Source: Acidobacteriota bacterium
GTDB taxonomy: Bacteria; Acidobacteriota; Polarisedimenticolia; Polarisedimenticolales; JBBIHH01
Direction of reading: 5' to 3'
DNA length: 64,000 nt
Assembly: GCA_037447115.1 (NCBI GenBank)
Contig: JBBIHH010000013.1
Coordinates: 18,772 to 82,771, forward strand
Made by a program: the position numbers and the translations under genes. Shown in pieces: positions 35,552 to 43,994 of the stretch (the stretch's first letter is position 1; each line of letters opens with the position of its first letter). The notes below the pieces were generated by a model that was not told the origin of the DNA, did no database searches, and saw only the letters and a list, made by a program, of their open reading frames with translations.

Positions 35552-36375
35552 CCGAGGAGGTTCTGCAGGCCCTGCTCGACGAGCTGCGCGCCGGCCGGCC
35601 CGCCGCATGCGCCACGCTCGTCCGGGCCTCGGGCTCCACGCCGCGTCAGCCCGGCGCGCGGATGCTCGTGCGTCAGGACGGCTCGACGGTGGGGACGATC
35701 GGCGGTGGCGCCTTCGAAGCCATGGTCGTCGCCGACGCCCGGCAGTGGCTGGCGGAGGCGGCCGGGCCGCGCACCATGCTGCGGCGCTACACCTTCACCG
35801 AGCGGGGCGAGGACGCCCTGGGCATGGCCTGCGGCGGTCAGGCGGAAGTGTTCCTGGAGCTGCACCTGCCTGCGGAACGGCTGATCGTCTTCGGTGCAGG
35901 CCACGTGGGGCTCGCGGTGGCGAGGCTTGCGGCGCAGGTCGGCTTCCGAGTGGAGATCGTCGACGACCGGCCCGACAGTTGCGCCAAGGCGCGCGCTCTC
36001 GGGACGGGGCCCGTCCACCGCTGCGAGCCGGAGTACACCGGAAAACTCCCGGATACCGACGCGCGAACCTATGTGGCGGTTCTCACGCGCTGCCACCGTA
36101 CCGACCGCAACGTCTTGGAGCGCGTTTTGGGGCGGCCCGCCCGCTACGTGGGTCTGATCGGCAGCCGGCGCAAGCGGCACGTGATCTTCGAGGAGTTGCG
36201 CGCGCGGGGGGTGGCGGAAGAGCAGCTGGCGCGGGTGCGCTGCCCGATCGGCCTTCCCCTCGGAGGCGACCGGCCCGAGGAGATCGCGGTGAGCATCGTT
36301 GCGGAGCTGATCCAGGAGCGCCACGCTCGCGCGAGCGAGCCCATGTCCACCCTCCCCGAGCACGACAGGGGCTAG
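35548..36375 (+). CDS. XdhC/CoxI-family molybdo-hydroxylase accessory protein
   Basis: GSTPR, GTIGGG, CGG, FGAGHV, YVGLIGSRRK, PEEIAVSIVAE. Confidence 0.92.
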   Translation: MTEEVLQALLDELRAGRPAACATLVRASGSTPRQPGARMLVRQDGSTVGTIGGGAFEAMVVADARQWLAEAAGPRTMLRRYTFTERGEDALGMACGGQAEVFLELHLPAERLIVFGAGHVGLAVARLAAQVGFRVEIVDDRPDSCAKARALGTGPVHRCEPEYTGKLPDTDARTYVAVLTRCHRTDRNVLERVLGRPARYVGLIGSRRKRHVIFEELRARGVAEEQLARVRCPIGLPLGGDRPEEIAVSIVAELIQERHARASEPMSTLPEHDRG

Positions 36376-36526
36376 CGCGGGCCTCCGTCGAGTGCCACGG
36401 TCCTCGGCGCGAGCGCCGCCGCCCAGGCGGCTCGCGGGCGGTCCTCTGCGCCCGCCGGCGGGCGCGGAGTTCTGGCGGGCGCCGCGACCGCTGCGCCGTT
36501 GCGGGCAAATCCGATGCACCTGCAGC

Positions 36527-36541
36527 TGGCACCCGGGTTGC
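36527..36541 (+). promoter_or_regulatory. Sigma54 (-24/-12) promoter upstream of comEA
   Basis: TGGCAC-CCGGG-TTGC is an exact match to TGGCAC-N5-TTGC, about 100 nt before the ATG. Confidence 0.7.
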
Positions 36542-36643
36542 CCTTCCCGCGCCGGGGTCGCGACCGGCCCGGCGGCGACCCCTTGGCCGCGGGGAGGGCC
36601 CGCGGCGCGGTTCCCAGGACGGGCCGAGGAAGGAGACGTAAAG

Positions 36644-36973
36644 ATGCAGAACCCTCGCCACTGGCCACCGTCCGCGATCGTGGTGCTGGCGCTCGCTCTC
36701 GCCGCGCTCGTGTGGACTGCCCCGGTGCAGTCGGCACCTCTTCCCCAGGACGCGCCCCAGAGCGCCAAAGCCGTGGACGTCAACCGCGCGACGGCCGCGG
36801 AGCTCGAGGCGGTGCCGGGTATCGGTCCGGTGCTGGCCAAGCGTATCGTGGAGTTCCGCGAGAAGCACGGGCCGTTCGAGCGCCTCGAGGATCTGCTCAA
36901 GGTCCGGGGCATCGGGGAGAAATCCCTGGAGCGGTTGCGGCCCCACTTGACGGTCGGGAAGCCGCGTGCGTGA
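36644..36973 (+). CDS. comEA: ComEA-family helix-hairpin-helix DNA-binding protein, exported
   Basis: AAGGAG RBS, signal sequence, VDVNRATAAELEAVPGIGP..LLKVRGIG. Confidence 0.9.
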   Translation: MQNPRHWPPSAIVVLALALAALVWTAPVQSAPLPQDAPQSAKAVDVNRATAAELEAVPGIGPVLAKRIVEFREKHGPFERLEDLLKVRGIGEKSLERLRPHLTVGKPRA

Positions 36974-37578
36974 GGCACCGCGCGCACGGCGGCGCCGCGG
37001 GGTGGTCGGTGGCCGAGGCGCTCGTGGTCCTCGCGCTGGGGGGCCTGGCGCTGGCCGCTTCGGTCCCCGCACTCACCAAGCTGCGTCAGGCCGGCCGCGG
37101 TGCGGCCGGCGCGCGGTTGCTCGCGACGCAACTTCAGGCCTCGCGCTGGCAAAGCGTCGCGAGCCACCGGGGACGGGGGCTCGATTTTCGGCGCGAGGGT
37201 GGCGGGTGGGTGTGGTACGTCGTCGAAGACGGCAACGGCAACGGCGTGCGCACCGCCGAGCTGCGTTCCGGCACGGACCGCGTGCTTTCCGGCCCGCACC
37301 GGTTGCAGGATTTCGTCGCCGGGGTGCGGCTCGGGTTTCCCCACGCCGGTCCGTTTCCGGAGATCCCGCCCAAGACAGGCACCATCCCCGATACGGACGA
37401 TCCCGTGAAGTTCGGTCGCAGCGATCTCGTGGGCTTCTCGCCGCGGGGCGATGCCTCGAGCGGTACGCTCTACCTCACCGACGGCGCCGACGCCCTCTAC
37501 GCTGTGGTCCTCTTCGGCCCGACGGCGCGGGTGCGTGTCTGGCGCTACGAGGCGCGGAGCGGCCGGTGGGTCCGCTGA
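36970..37578 (+). CDS. GspH/FimT-like minor (pseudo)pilin
   Basis: G-WSVAEALVVL prepilin-like motif; FSPRG..SSGTLYL C-terminus; GTGA overlap with comEA. Confidence 0.75.
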   Translation: MRHRAHGGAAGWSVAEALVVLALGGLALAASVPALTKLRQAGRGAAGARLLATQLQASRWQSVASHRGRGLDFRREGGGWVWYVVEDGNGNGVRTAELRSGTDRVLSGPHRLQDFVAGVRLGFPHAGPFPEIPPKTGTIPDTDDPVKFGRSDLVGFSPRGDASSGTLYLTDGADALYAVVLFGPTARVRVWRYEARSGRWVR

Positions 37579-37856
37579 GGGCTGCGCGTGGGCGCGAGCC
37601 TCCGTGAGGCGGCCGCGCCGGCCGCCCCGCCGGGCCGGGCGGCCGGGTCCGAGAGAACTGCACGCGGCGGGTGCCTACCGCCAAGTGACCGCGCCAGGCC
37701 GGGATCGCGGTCGCGTCCGAAGCTCCCCGGTTTCCGTTCCCCAGTCGTCTCCCTCGACCCTCCCCACACCCGCCGCGTGCCCCGGCATGGTCCGTTATTA
37801 CGGTTGAATGCGCAAAGGGACGGGTGTTAGGCTGCCCCCCGGATCCCCGCCGGAGG

Positions 37857-38651
37857 GTGCCTTTCTCGTTGGACGCGTTGCTGCTCGTCGCCGCCGTGAC
37901 CCTCTACGCCGCGGGCGTGGGCCTCGCGGCGCGGGCGTTCGCGCGGCACGATCGCCGAATGCACCGGGCTGCCTTGGCGGTGTTGGCGGGCGGTGCGGCC
38001 GTGAACCTCGCCGCGTGGCTGTTGCCCGGGGTGCGCGAGGCCCGCCTGCCCCTGGCGGATCTGCGCGAGTTGCTCACCGGGTTGGCGTGGCTGATCGTGA
38101 GCCTGCACGTGGGCATCGCTTTGCGTGCGGGACTCGAGGCCATGTCGCTGATCGTGCCGCCCTTCGCCACCGTGCTGCTCCTCGGTGCCTCCGGCCTGTC
38201 CACCCCGGTGCAGTCGCGGCCTGCCGGCGGACCGCTGTTCGTCGCCCACACGGTGACCGCCACCGCGGGCCTGGCGGCCCTGGGCCTGGCCTTCACGATG
38301 AGCGTCGTCTACCTGTTGCAGGATCGGGTCCTCAAGCGCAAGCGTTCCTTCGGACTCCTCGAACGGCTTCCCTCCCTGGACACGAGCGACCGCATCGGCT
38401 TTCAGGCGTTGGCCTGGGGATTCGGCCTGCTCACGGCAGCCATCGTGACCGGGGTGCTGTGGAACGCGATCGCGCACGGTCGGCTGTGGAGCGCGCGCCC
38501 GAAGGAAAGCTTTCCGCTGCTGGCCTGGATCGTCCTCTCGGCGTTGCTCTACGCGCGCTTGGCGCGGGGCTATCGTGGCCGGCGTTGCGCCTATTTGGTC
38601 ATCGTAGGTTTCGTGTTCGCCCTGGCTTCGGTCGTGGGGATCGCGCGGTGA
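37857..38651 (+). CDS. Cytochrome c assembly-family (CcsA/HemX-like) membrane protein
   Basis: About 8 TM helices, YLLQDRVLKRK..LPSLD, WSARPKE; precedes hemA. Confidence 0.85.
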   Translation: MPFSLDALLLVAAVTLYAAGVGLAARAFARHDRRMHRAALAVLAGGAAVNLAAWLLPGVREARLPLADLRELLTGLAWLIVSLHVGIALRAGLEAMSLIVPPFATVLLLGASGLSTPVQSRPAGGPLFVAHTVTATAGLAALGLAFTMSVVYLLQDRVLKRKRSFGLLERLPSLDTSDRIGFQALAWGFGLLTAAIVTGVLWNAIAHGRLWSARPKESFPLLAWIVLSALLYARLARGYRGRRCAYLVIVGFVFALASVVGIAR

Positions 38652-38655
38652 AGCG

Positions 38656-39978
38656 ATGATCCTGCTTCTGGGCGTCTCGCACCGCACCGCACCGGTCCAG
38701 CTACGCGAGCGGCTTGCCCTTCCGGAACGGGACGTGCCGCAGGTGCTCCCGCGGCTGCGCGGGGCCGCCGCGGCCCGCGAGGCGTGGTTGCTGTCCACGT
38801 GCAATCGCGTGGAAGTCCTGCTCGATACGGAGGAGACCGACGCGGCCGCGGCGTCGCTCGTGGCGTTTTTCTGCCGGGAACGCGGTTTGAGCCCCGCCGA
38901 GCTCGAGGCCTCGCTCTACCGCCACGAGGGCCCCGACGCCGTGCGGCATCTGCTGCGTGTGGCCAGCGGGCTGGACTCCATGATCCTCGGGGAGCCTCAG
39001 ATTCTGGGCCAGGTCAAGCGCGCCCACCATCTGGCGCGGGAGGCCGGAACCCTGGGACCGGTGCTGGAGCGGCTGCTCCAGCGCTGTCTGGCCGTGGCCA
39101 AGCGCGTGCGCGCCGAGACGGGCATCTCCCGGCACGCGCTGTCGGTGGCGCACGCGGCGGTGGAGCTCGCGCGCAAGGTGGTGGGCGAACTCGCCGGGCA
39201 GAGCGTGCTCGTCGTCGGGGCGGGCAAGATGAGCGCGCTCACCGCGCGCTATCTCGCGGGCGCGGGGGCGCAACTCGTCGTGACGAGCCGCCGCTACGAG
39301 AAGGCCGAAGCCCTCGCCGCGCGCTTCGGCGGTCGCGCCGTCGCCTGGAACGAGTTCGACCGCTGGCTGGCGCGGGCCTGTGCCGTCATCTCCGGCACGG
39401 CGGCTCCGGGCATCGTCCTCGACGCCGCCCGCGTGGCCGCGGCGATGCGCGAGCGCCACCAGCGCCCGCTGTTTCTGGTGGACGTGGCCGTCCCGCGCGA
39501 CGTGGACCCCGAAGTCCACCGCATCGAAAACGTCTACCTCTACGACATCGACGACCTCGAAGGCGTGGTGGCGCGCAACCTGGACCAGCGCCGGCTGGCC
39601 GCCTCCCAGGCGCTACCGATCCTGGAAGAGGAGGTGGCGCGCTTCGAGCACTGGCGCCGCTCGCTGCAGGTGACGCCCACGATCGTGCGCTTGCGGGAGG
39701 TGTGGCTCGAGCGGGCCCGTGCCGAGCTGCAACGCCAGCGCCGGCGCCTCGGCCCCCTGGACGATGCCCAGGCCACGCAGCTCGAGCAGCTCGTGTCGGC
39801 GATCGTGCGCAAGATGCTCCACCGCCCCACCGAGTACCTGCGCCGCCGCGGCGAGCAAACGGACGCCGCGGGGCTCGTGGCGCTCTACCGGGAAATCTTC
39901 GAACTCGACGCCGCCGGTCCCGATGCCGCGGAAACTGGCGTCTCGGCGTTGCCCAGCGAAAAGGACGAGCCTCGGTGA
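38656..39978 (+). CDS. hemA: Glutamyl-tRNA reductase
   Basis: STCNRVE, SGLDSMILGEPQILGQV, GAGKM, DVAVPRDV. Confidence 0.97.
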   Translation: MILLLGVSHRTAPVQLRERLALPERDVPQVLPRLRGAAAAREAWLLSTCNRVEVLLDTEETDAAAASLVAFFCRERGLSPAELEASLYRHEGPDAVRHLLRVASGLDSMILGEPQILGQVKRAHHLAREAGTLGPVLERLLQRCLAVAKRVRAETGISRHALSVAHAAVELARKVVGELAGQSVLVVGAGKMSALTARYLAGAGAQLVVTSRRYEKAEALAARFGGRAVAWNEFDRWLARACAVISGTAAPGIVLDAARVAAAMRERHQRPLFLVDVAVPRDVDPEVHRIENVYLYDIDDLEGVVARNLDQRRLAASQALPILEEEVARFEHWRRSLQVTPTIVRLREVWLERARAELQRQRRRLGPLDDAQATQLEQLVSAIVRKMLHRPTEYLRRRGEQTDAAGLVALYREIFELDAAGPDAAETGVSALPSEKDEPR

Positions 39979-40916
39979 GGCGCTTGGTGATCGGAACGCG
40001 GGCCAGCAAGCTCGCCCTGTGGCAGGCCCACCACGTCCAACAGCGACTCGAGGCGGCGCACCCGGGGCTCGCCGTCGCGCTGCGCACGATCCGCACGCGG
40101 GGCGATTTGCAGCGCGAGGTGCCTGTGGGGCGGCTCGCGGGCAAGGGATTCTTCGTGCGGGAAATCGAAGAGGCATTGCTGCGCGGCGAGGTGGACCTCG
40201 CCGTCCACTCGCTCAAGGACCTTCCCTCGCAGCTGCCAGGTGACCTCGTCCTGGCGGGCGTTCTCGAGCGGGCGGATCCCCGCGACGCGCTCGTGAGCGC
40301 GCAAGGCTGGTCGCTCGAGAGCCTGCCGCGCGGTTGCGTTCTCGGGACGGGAAGCCTGCGGCGCCGGGCGCAGCTGCGCCACGCGCGTGCCGACCTCGAG
40401 ACGGTGCCGCTGCGGGGCAATGTGGACACGCGGCTGCGCAAGCTGGCCGAGCGGGCCTGCGACGCCCTCGTCCTGGCGGTGGCCGGGCTGGAGCGGCTCG
40501 GCGTGCGGGACGTGCCCGTGCGCCCTCTCCCCGTGGACCAGTGCCTGCCCGCCGTGGGGCAGGGCGCGCTCGCGCTCGAGGCCCGGGCGGACGACGCGGA
40601 GGTGGCGCGCTGGGTGGTCCCCTTGCGGCACGCTCCCACCGAACGCGCCATCGCCGCCGAGCGCGCCTGGCTGGCGCGGCTCGGAGGCGGGTGCCTGGCT
40701 CCCGCGACGGCCTACGCTCGGACAGACGGGGACCGGCTGCGCCTGGAAGCGATGGTGGCCCACCCCGATGGCGGGACGTTACTGCGGCGGAGCATCGAAG
40801 GACCGGCGGCGCAGGCCGAGAGCCTGGGCGAGAAGCTCGCCTGCGAGATGCTGGAGGCGGGGGCGGCGGCGTTGCTCGAAGCTGCGCGGGCGGAGCCGGG
40901 CGATGCGGCCCGCTGA
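39975..40916 (+). CDS. hemC: Hydroxymethylbilane synthase
   Basis: GTRASKLALWQA, VHSLKDLP, RGNVDTR, LGGGC. Confidence 0.96.
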   Translation: MRRLVIGTRASKLALWQAHHVQQRLEAAHPGLAVALRTIRTRGDLQREVPVGRLAGKGFFVREIEEALLRGEVDLAVHSLKDLPSQLPGDLVLAGVLERADPRDALVSAQGWSLESLPRGCVLGTGSLRRRAQLRHARADLETVPLRGNVDTRLRKLAERACDALVLAVAGLERLGVRDVPVRPLPVDQCLPAVGQGALALEARADDAEVARWVVPLRHAPTERAIAAERAWLARLGGGCLAPATAYARTDGDRLRLEAMVAHPDGGTLLRRSIEGPAAQAESLGEKLACEMLEAGAAALLEAARAEPGDAAR

Positions 40917-41703
40917 GGGAGTTCTCTCGGGCCGCCATGTGCTCCTGACGCGAGAGGCACGGCGGGCCGCGTCCTTCGTCGAGGCCCTCGCGCAGGACGG
41001 CGCCCGCGCCACGTGCCTGGGGCTCGTGCAGTTCGCCGCGCCCCGCGAACCCGAGCCTTCGCTGCGGGCCGTCGAAGCCCTGGCGGCGTACGGTTGGGTC
41101 GTCTTCACGAGCGCCACGGGCGTGCGCTTCTTCCTCGAGGCTTGCCGCGCGCGAGGCGTGGACCCGCGGACGGCCACCGCACGCTGGGCCGCAGTCGGGC
41201 CCGGCACCGCCTCCGCGCTCGAGCTCGCCGGGCTCGGGCCAGTCTTCGTTGCGGACTGCGCGGACGCCGCAGGACTGGCCGAAGCCCTGGCCTCGCGGAT
41301 CGCACCAGGCGACCGCCTGCTGTGGGTGCGGCCCGAGCGCGCAGCGCGGGAGCGTCTGGAGGCCCTCGAGACGCGGGGCGCCCGGGTGGAGGGCGTGGCC
41401 TTCTACCGCACGCTGGCGGCCCCTTCCGCCGTGCGCGAGGCCGCTCGGGGCCTGGCGGCGGGCCGCTTCGATGCGGTGCTCCTGACCTCCCCCTCCTCGC
41501 TCGAGGCCCTGCTCGAGGGCGCGCCGCACTGCCGGCAGCACCTCGCCCGCATGGTGCGCGCGGCGCTGGGCCGCACGAGCGCCGCGGCGCTCGAAGCCCG
41601 GGGTTTGCCGCCTCACGCCGTCGCCCGCCGCCCCGACGCGGAAGGCGTGCGCGAGGCGCTGCGGCGCGCCTTCGGCGTGGCGCGCGGAGGAAAGGTAGGG
41701 TGA
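40903..41703 (+). CDS. hemD: Uroporphyrinogen-III synthase
   Basis: VLLTR, WVVFTSATGV, AVGPGTA, TSPS. Confidence 0.9.
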   Translation: MRPAEGVLSGRHVLLTREARRAASFVEALAQDGARATCLGLVQFAAPREPEPSLRAVEALAAYGWVVFTSATGVRFFLEACRARGVDPRTATARWAAVGPGTASALELAGLGPVFVADCADAAGLAEALASRIAPGDRLLWVRPERAARERLEALETRGARVEGVAFYRTLAAPSAVREAARGLAAGRFDAVLLTSPSSLEALLEGAPHCRQHLARMVRAALGRTSAAALEARGLPPHAVARRPDAEGVREALRRAFGVARGGKVG

Positions 41704-41739
41704 GCGTGCTACCATGCGCGCTCTTGCCCCGAGCGACCC

Positions 41740-42849
41740 GTGAGCGAGGCCCGATCCACACCCCTCCGCGCCGCCCATGAGGCTCTGGCGGCGCACTGGG
41801 TCACCTTCGCCGGCTGGCGCATGCCTGGCTTCTATTCCAGCGTGATCGAAGAGCACCTCGCGGTCCGCAGCGCCGCGGGCTGTTTCGACGTCAGCCACAT
41901 GGGCGAACTGCTCCTCGAAGGAACGAGGGCGGGGGAGCTCCTCCAGCAGCTGACCTGCAACGATGTCTCGCGACTCGAACCCGGGCGCGCCCACTACAAT
42001 GCGCTGATGCTTCCCAACGGCGCGCTGCTCGATGACCTGATCGTCTACATGCTGGCGCCCGAACGCTACTTGCTGGTCGTCAACGCCGCGAACACGGTGC
42101 GCGATCTGGTGTGGATCCGTCGGCACGCCCGCGCCTACGCCGTGCGGGTCGAGGATCTTTCGGCATCCTGGGCGCTCGTCGCCGTGCAGGGGCCGAAAGC
42201 GCAGGCCGTTCTGGCTCCCCTGACCCGCGAGCCGCTGCAGACGCTGGGTTCCTTCCACGTGCGGGAGGCGCAAGTGGCGGGGGTGGCGTGCCTCGTGGCC
42301 CGCACCGGATACACGGGGGAGGACGGATTCGAGGTCTTCGTCCCCGCCGCGCGCGCCCTGGAAGTCTGGAACGCGGTGCTCGAGAGCGGCCGGCCTGCGG
42401 GCCTGCGGCCCGCGGGACTCGGCGCGCGCGATACGCTGCGGCTCGAAGCGCGTCTGCTGCTCTATGGCCAGGATATGGACGAGAGCACCAGTCTGCTCGA
42501 GGCGGGCTTGGGCTGGCTCGTCCAGTGGGGCAAGGGGCCCTTCGTGGGCCGGGGAGCGCTCGAGCGGGAGCGCGCCACGGGACCCGCACGCAAGCTCGTG
42601 GGTTTCGAGATGCGCAGCCGCGCCATCGCCAGGCACGGCTACGCGATCCTGCGCGGGGGCAAGATCGTGGGGCGGGTGACGAGCGGGAGCTTCGCCCCGT
42701 TCCTGAAGAAGAACATCGGGCTCGCCTATCTCCCGCGCGGCATGTGGGAGCCGGGGACTCGTTTCGAGGTCGAGGTGCGCGGACGCGCCGAGCCTGCGGA
42801 GGTCGTGCCGACACCGTTCTACCGCCGGCCGCCGTCCGCGCCCGCCTGA
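41740..42849 (+). CDS. gcvT: Glycine cleavage aminomethyltransferase T
   Basis: FDVSHMGE, RTGYTGEDGFE, GLGARDTLRLEA. Confidence 0.96.
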   Translation: MSEARSTPLRAAHEALAAHWVTFAGWRMPGFYSSVIEEHLAVRSAAGCFDVSHMGELLLEGTRAGELLQQLTCNDVSRLEPGRAHYNALMLPNGALLDDLIVYMLAPERYLLVVNAANTVRDLVWIRRHARAYAVRVEDLSASWALVAVQGPKAQAVLAPLTREPLQTLGSFHVREAQVAGVACLVARTGYTGEDGFEVFVPAARALEVWNAVLESGRPAGLRPAGLGARDTLRLEARLLLYGQDMDESTSLLEAGLGWLVQWGKGPFVGRGALERERATGPARKLVGFEMRSRAIARHGYAILRGGKIVGRVTSGSFAPFLKKNIGLAYLPRGMWEPGTRFEVEVRGRAEPAEVVPTPFYRRPPSAPA

Positions 42850-42875
42850 AACGGGAGCAGGAGAGGAGGGCGACG

Positions 42876-43262
42876 ATGGTGCCGCAGGATTGCCGCTACA
42901 CGCGGGAGCACGAATGGATCCGCCTGGAGGGGGAGCACGCGCGGATGGGGATCACGGACTTCGCCCAGAGCGAGCTGGGGGATATCGTCTACGTCGAGCT
43001 CCCGGAAGTGGGGCGCCGCGTGCGCGCGGGCGAGGCGCTGGGGACGGTGGAGTCGGTCAAGGCCGTCTCGGAGATCTACGCGCCCGCGAGCGGCGAGGTC
43101 GTCGAGGTGAACGCGGCGCTCGCCGAGGCTCCCGAGCGCATCAACCGCGATCCCTACGGGGAGGGCTGGCTGTGCCGACTGCGGCTCGAGGACCCCTCCG
43201 AGGTGGAGGCGCTGATGGACGCGCCGGCCTACGCGGCGTTCATCGCGGGCGGGGCTTCCTGA
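42876..43262 (+). CDS. gcvH: Glycine cleavage H protein
   Basis: HEW, GITDFAQ, VESVKA lipoyl lysine, PYGEGW. Confidence 0.96.
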   Translation: MVPQDCRYTREHEWIRLEGEHARMGITDFAQSELGDIVYVELPEVGRRVRAGEALGTVESVKAVSEIYAPASGEVVEVNAALAEAPERINRDPYGEGWLCRLRLEDPSEVEALMDAPAYAAFIAGGAS

Positions 43263-43869
43263 GGGGGCGGGGCCGCAGGTAGGCCAGCAGGTCGAGGCCC
43301 GCCGCACGGAACAGCTCCGGCAGCCGCTCCAGAGGCAAGCCCACGACGTTGCTCCAGGAGCCCTGGATGGCCTTGCACAACAGCGCCCCGCGCCCCTGAA
43401 TCCCGTAGGCTCCCGCCTTGTCGGCACCCTCGCCGCTCGCCAGGTACCAAGCGATCCATGGTTCGGCGAGCTCTCGGAACTGGACGCGGGTGCGCTCTAC
43501 GGCGGTGTGGGTGCTGCCTGCGGGCCCGCGCCACAAGCACAGCCCGGTCCACACGTCGTGGACACGCCCGGACAAGGCGCCGAGCATGCGGCGCGCGTGC
43601 GCGCGGTCTCGGGGTTTGCCCAAAAGGCGGCGGTCCAGGGCCACCACCGTGTCGGCGGCGAGCACGCAGGCGGCCGCTCGGGCGGGAAGGAGCGCCGCGG
43701 CGGCCAGGGCCTTGGCCAGCGCGAGGCGTTCGACGTAAGCTTCCGGCGCTTCGCCGCGGCGGGGCCGCTCGTCCACCCGCACGCGCAGCCCTCGGGCCCG
43801 CAGACCCGCCGCCCGCAGCAGCGCGCGGCGGCGCGCCGAGGTGGAGGCGAGCCAGAGCGTGGGCGGCAT
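43240..43869 (-). CDS. maf: Maf-family nucleotide pyrophosphatase
   Basis: LASTSARR, AADTVV..LGKP, DKAGAYGIQ, NVVGLP. Confidence 0.93.
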   Translation of the reverse strand: MPPTLWLASTSARRRALLRAAGLRARGLRVRVDERPRRGEAPEAYVERLALAKALAAAALLPARAAACVLAADTVVALDRRLLGKPRDRAHARRMLGALSGRVHDVWTGLCLWRGPAGSTHTAVERTRVQFRELAEPWIAWYLASGEGADKAGAYGIQGRGALLCKAIQGSWSNVVGLPLERLPELFRAAGLDLLAYLRPRPLRKPRPR

Positions 43870-43915
43870 GGAGCCTCGACTCTAGCATCGCGGAGGGCGC
43901 CGCTGGCCATGCGGT

Positions 43916-43944
43916 TTGGCGAGCTTGCCCGGGCCACCTATAAT
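43916..43944 (+). promoter_or_regulatory. Sigma70-type promoter for the UshA-like/ruvX/mltG operon
   Basis: TTGGCG-17 nt-TATAAT. Confidence 0.6.
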
Positions 43945-43994
43945 CCACGCGCAGACGGGCGCGCAGGAAGGACAGCGCGCCGGGAGGTTGCGGG

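Noticed and set aside
36500-36530. GGGCAAATCC resembling a c-di-GMP-I riboswitch start
   Set aside because: The GNRA loop and downstream GCAAAG elements are missing; the sigma54 motif explains the region better.
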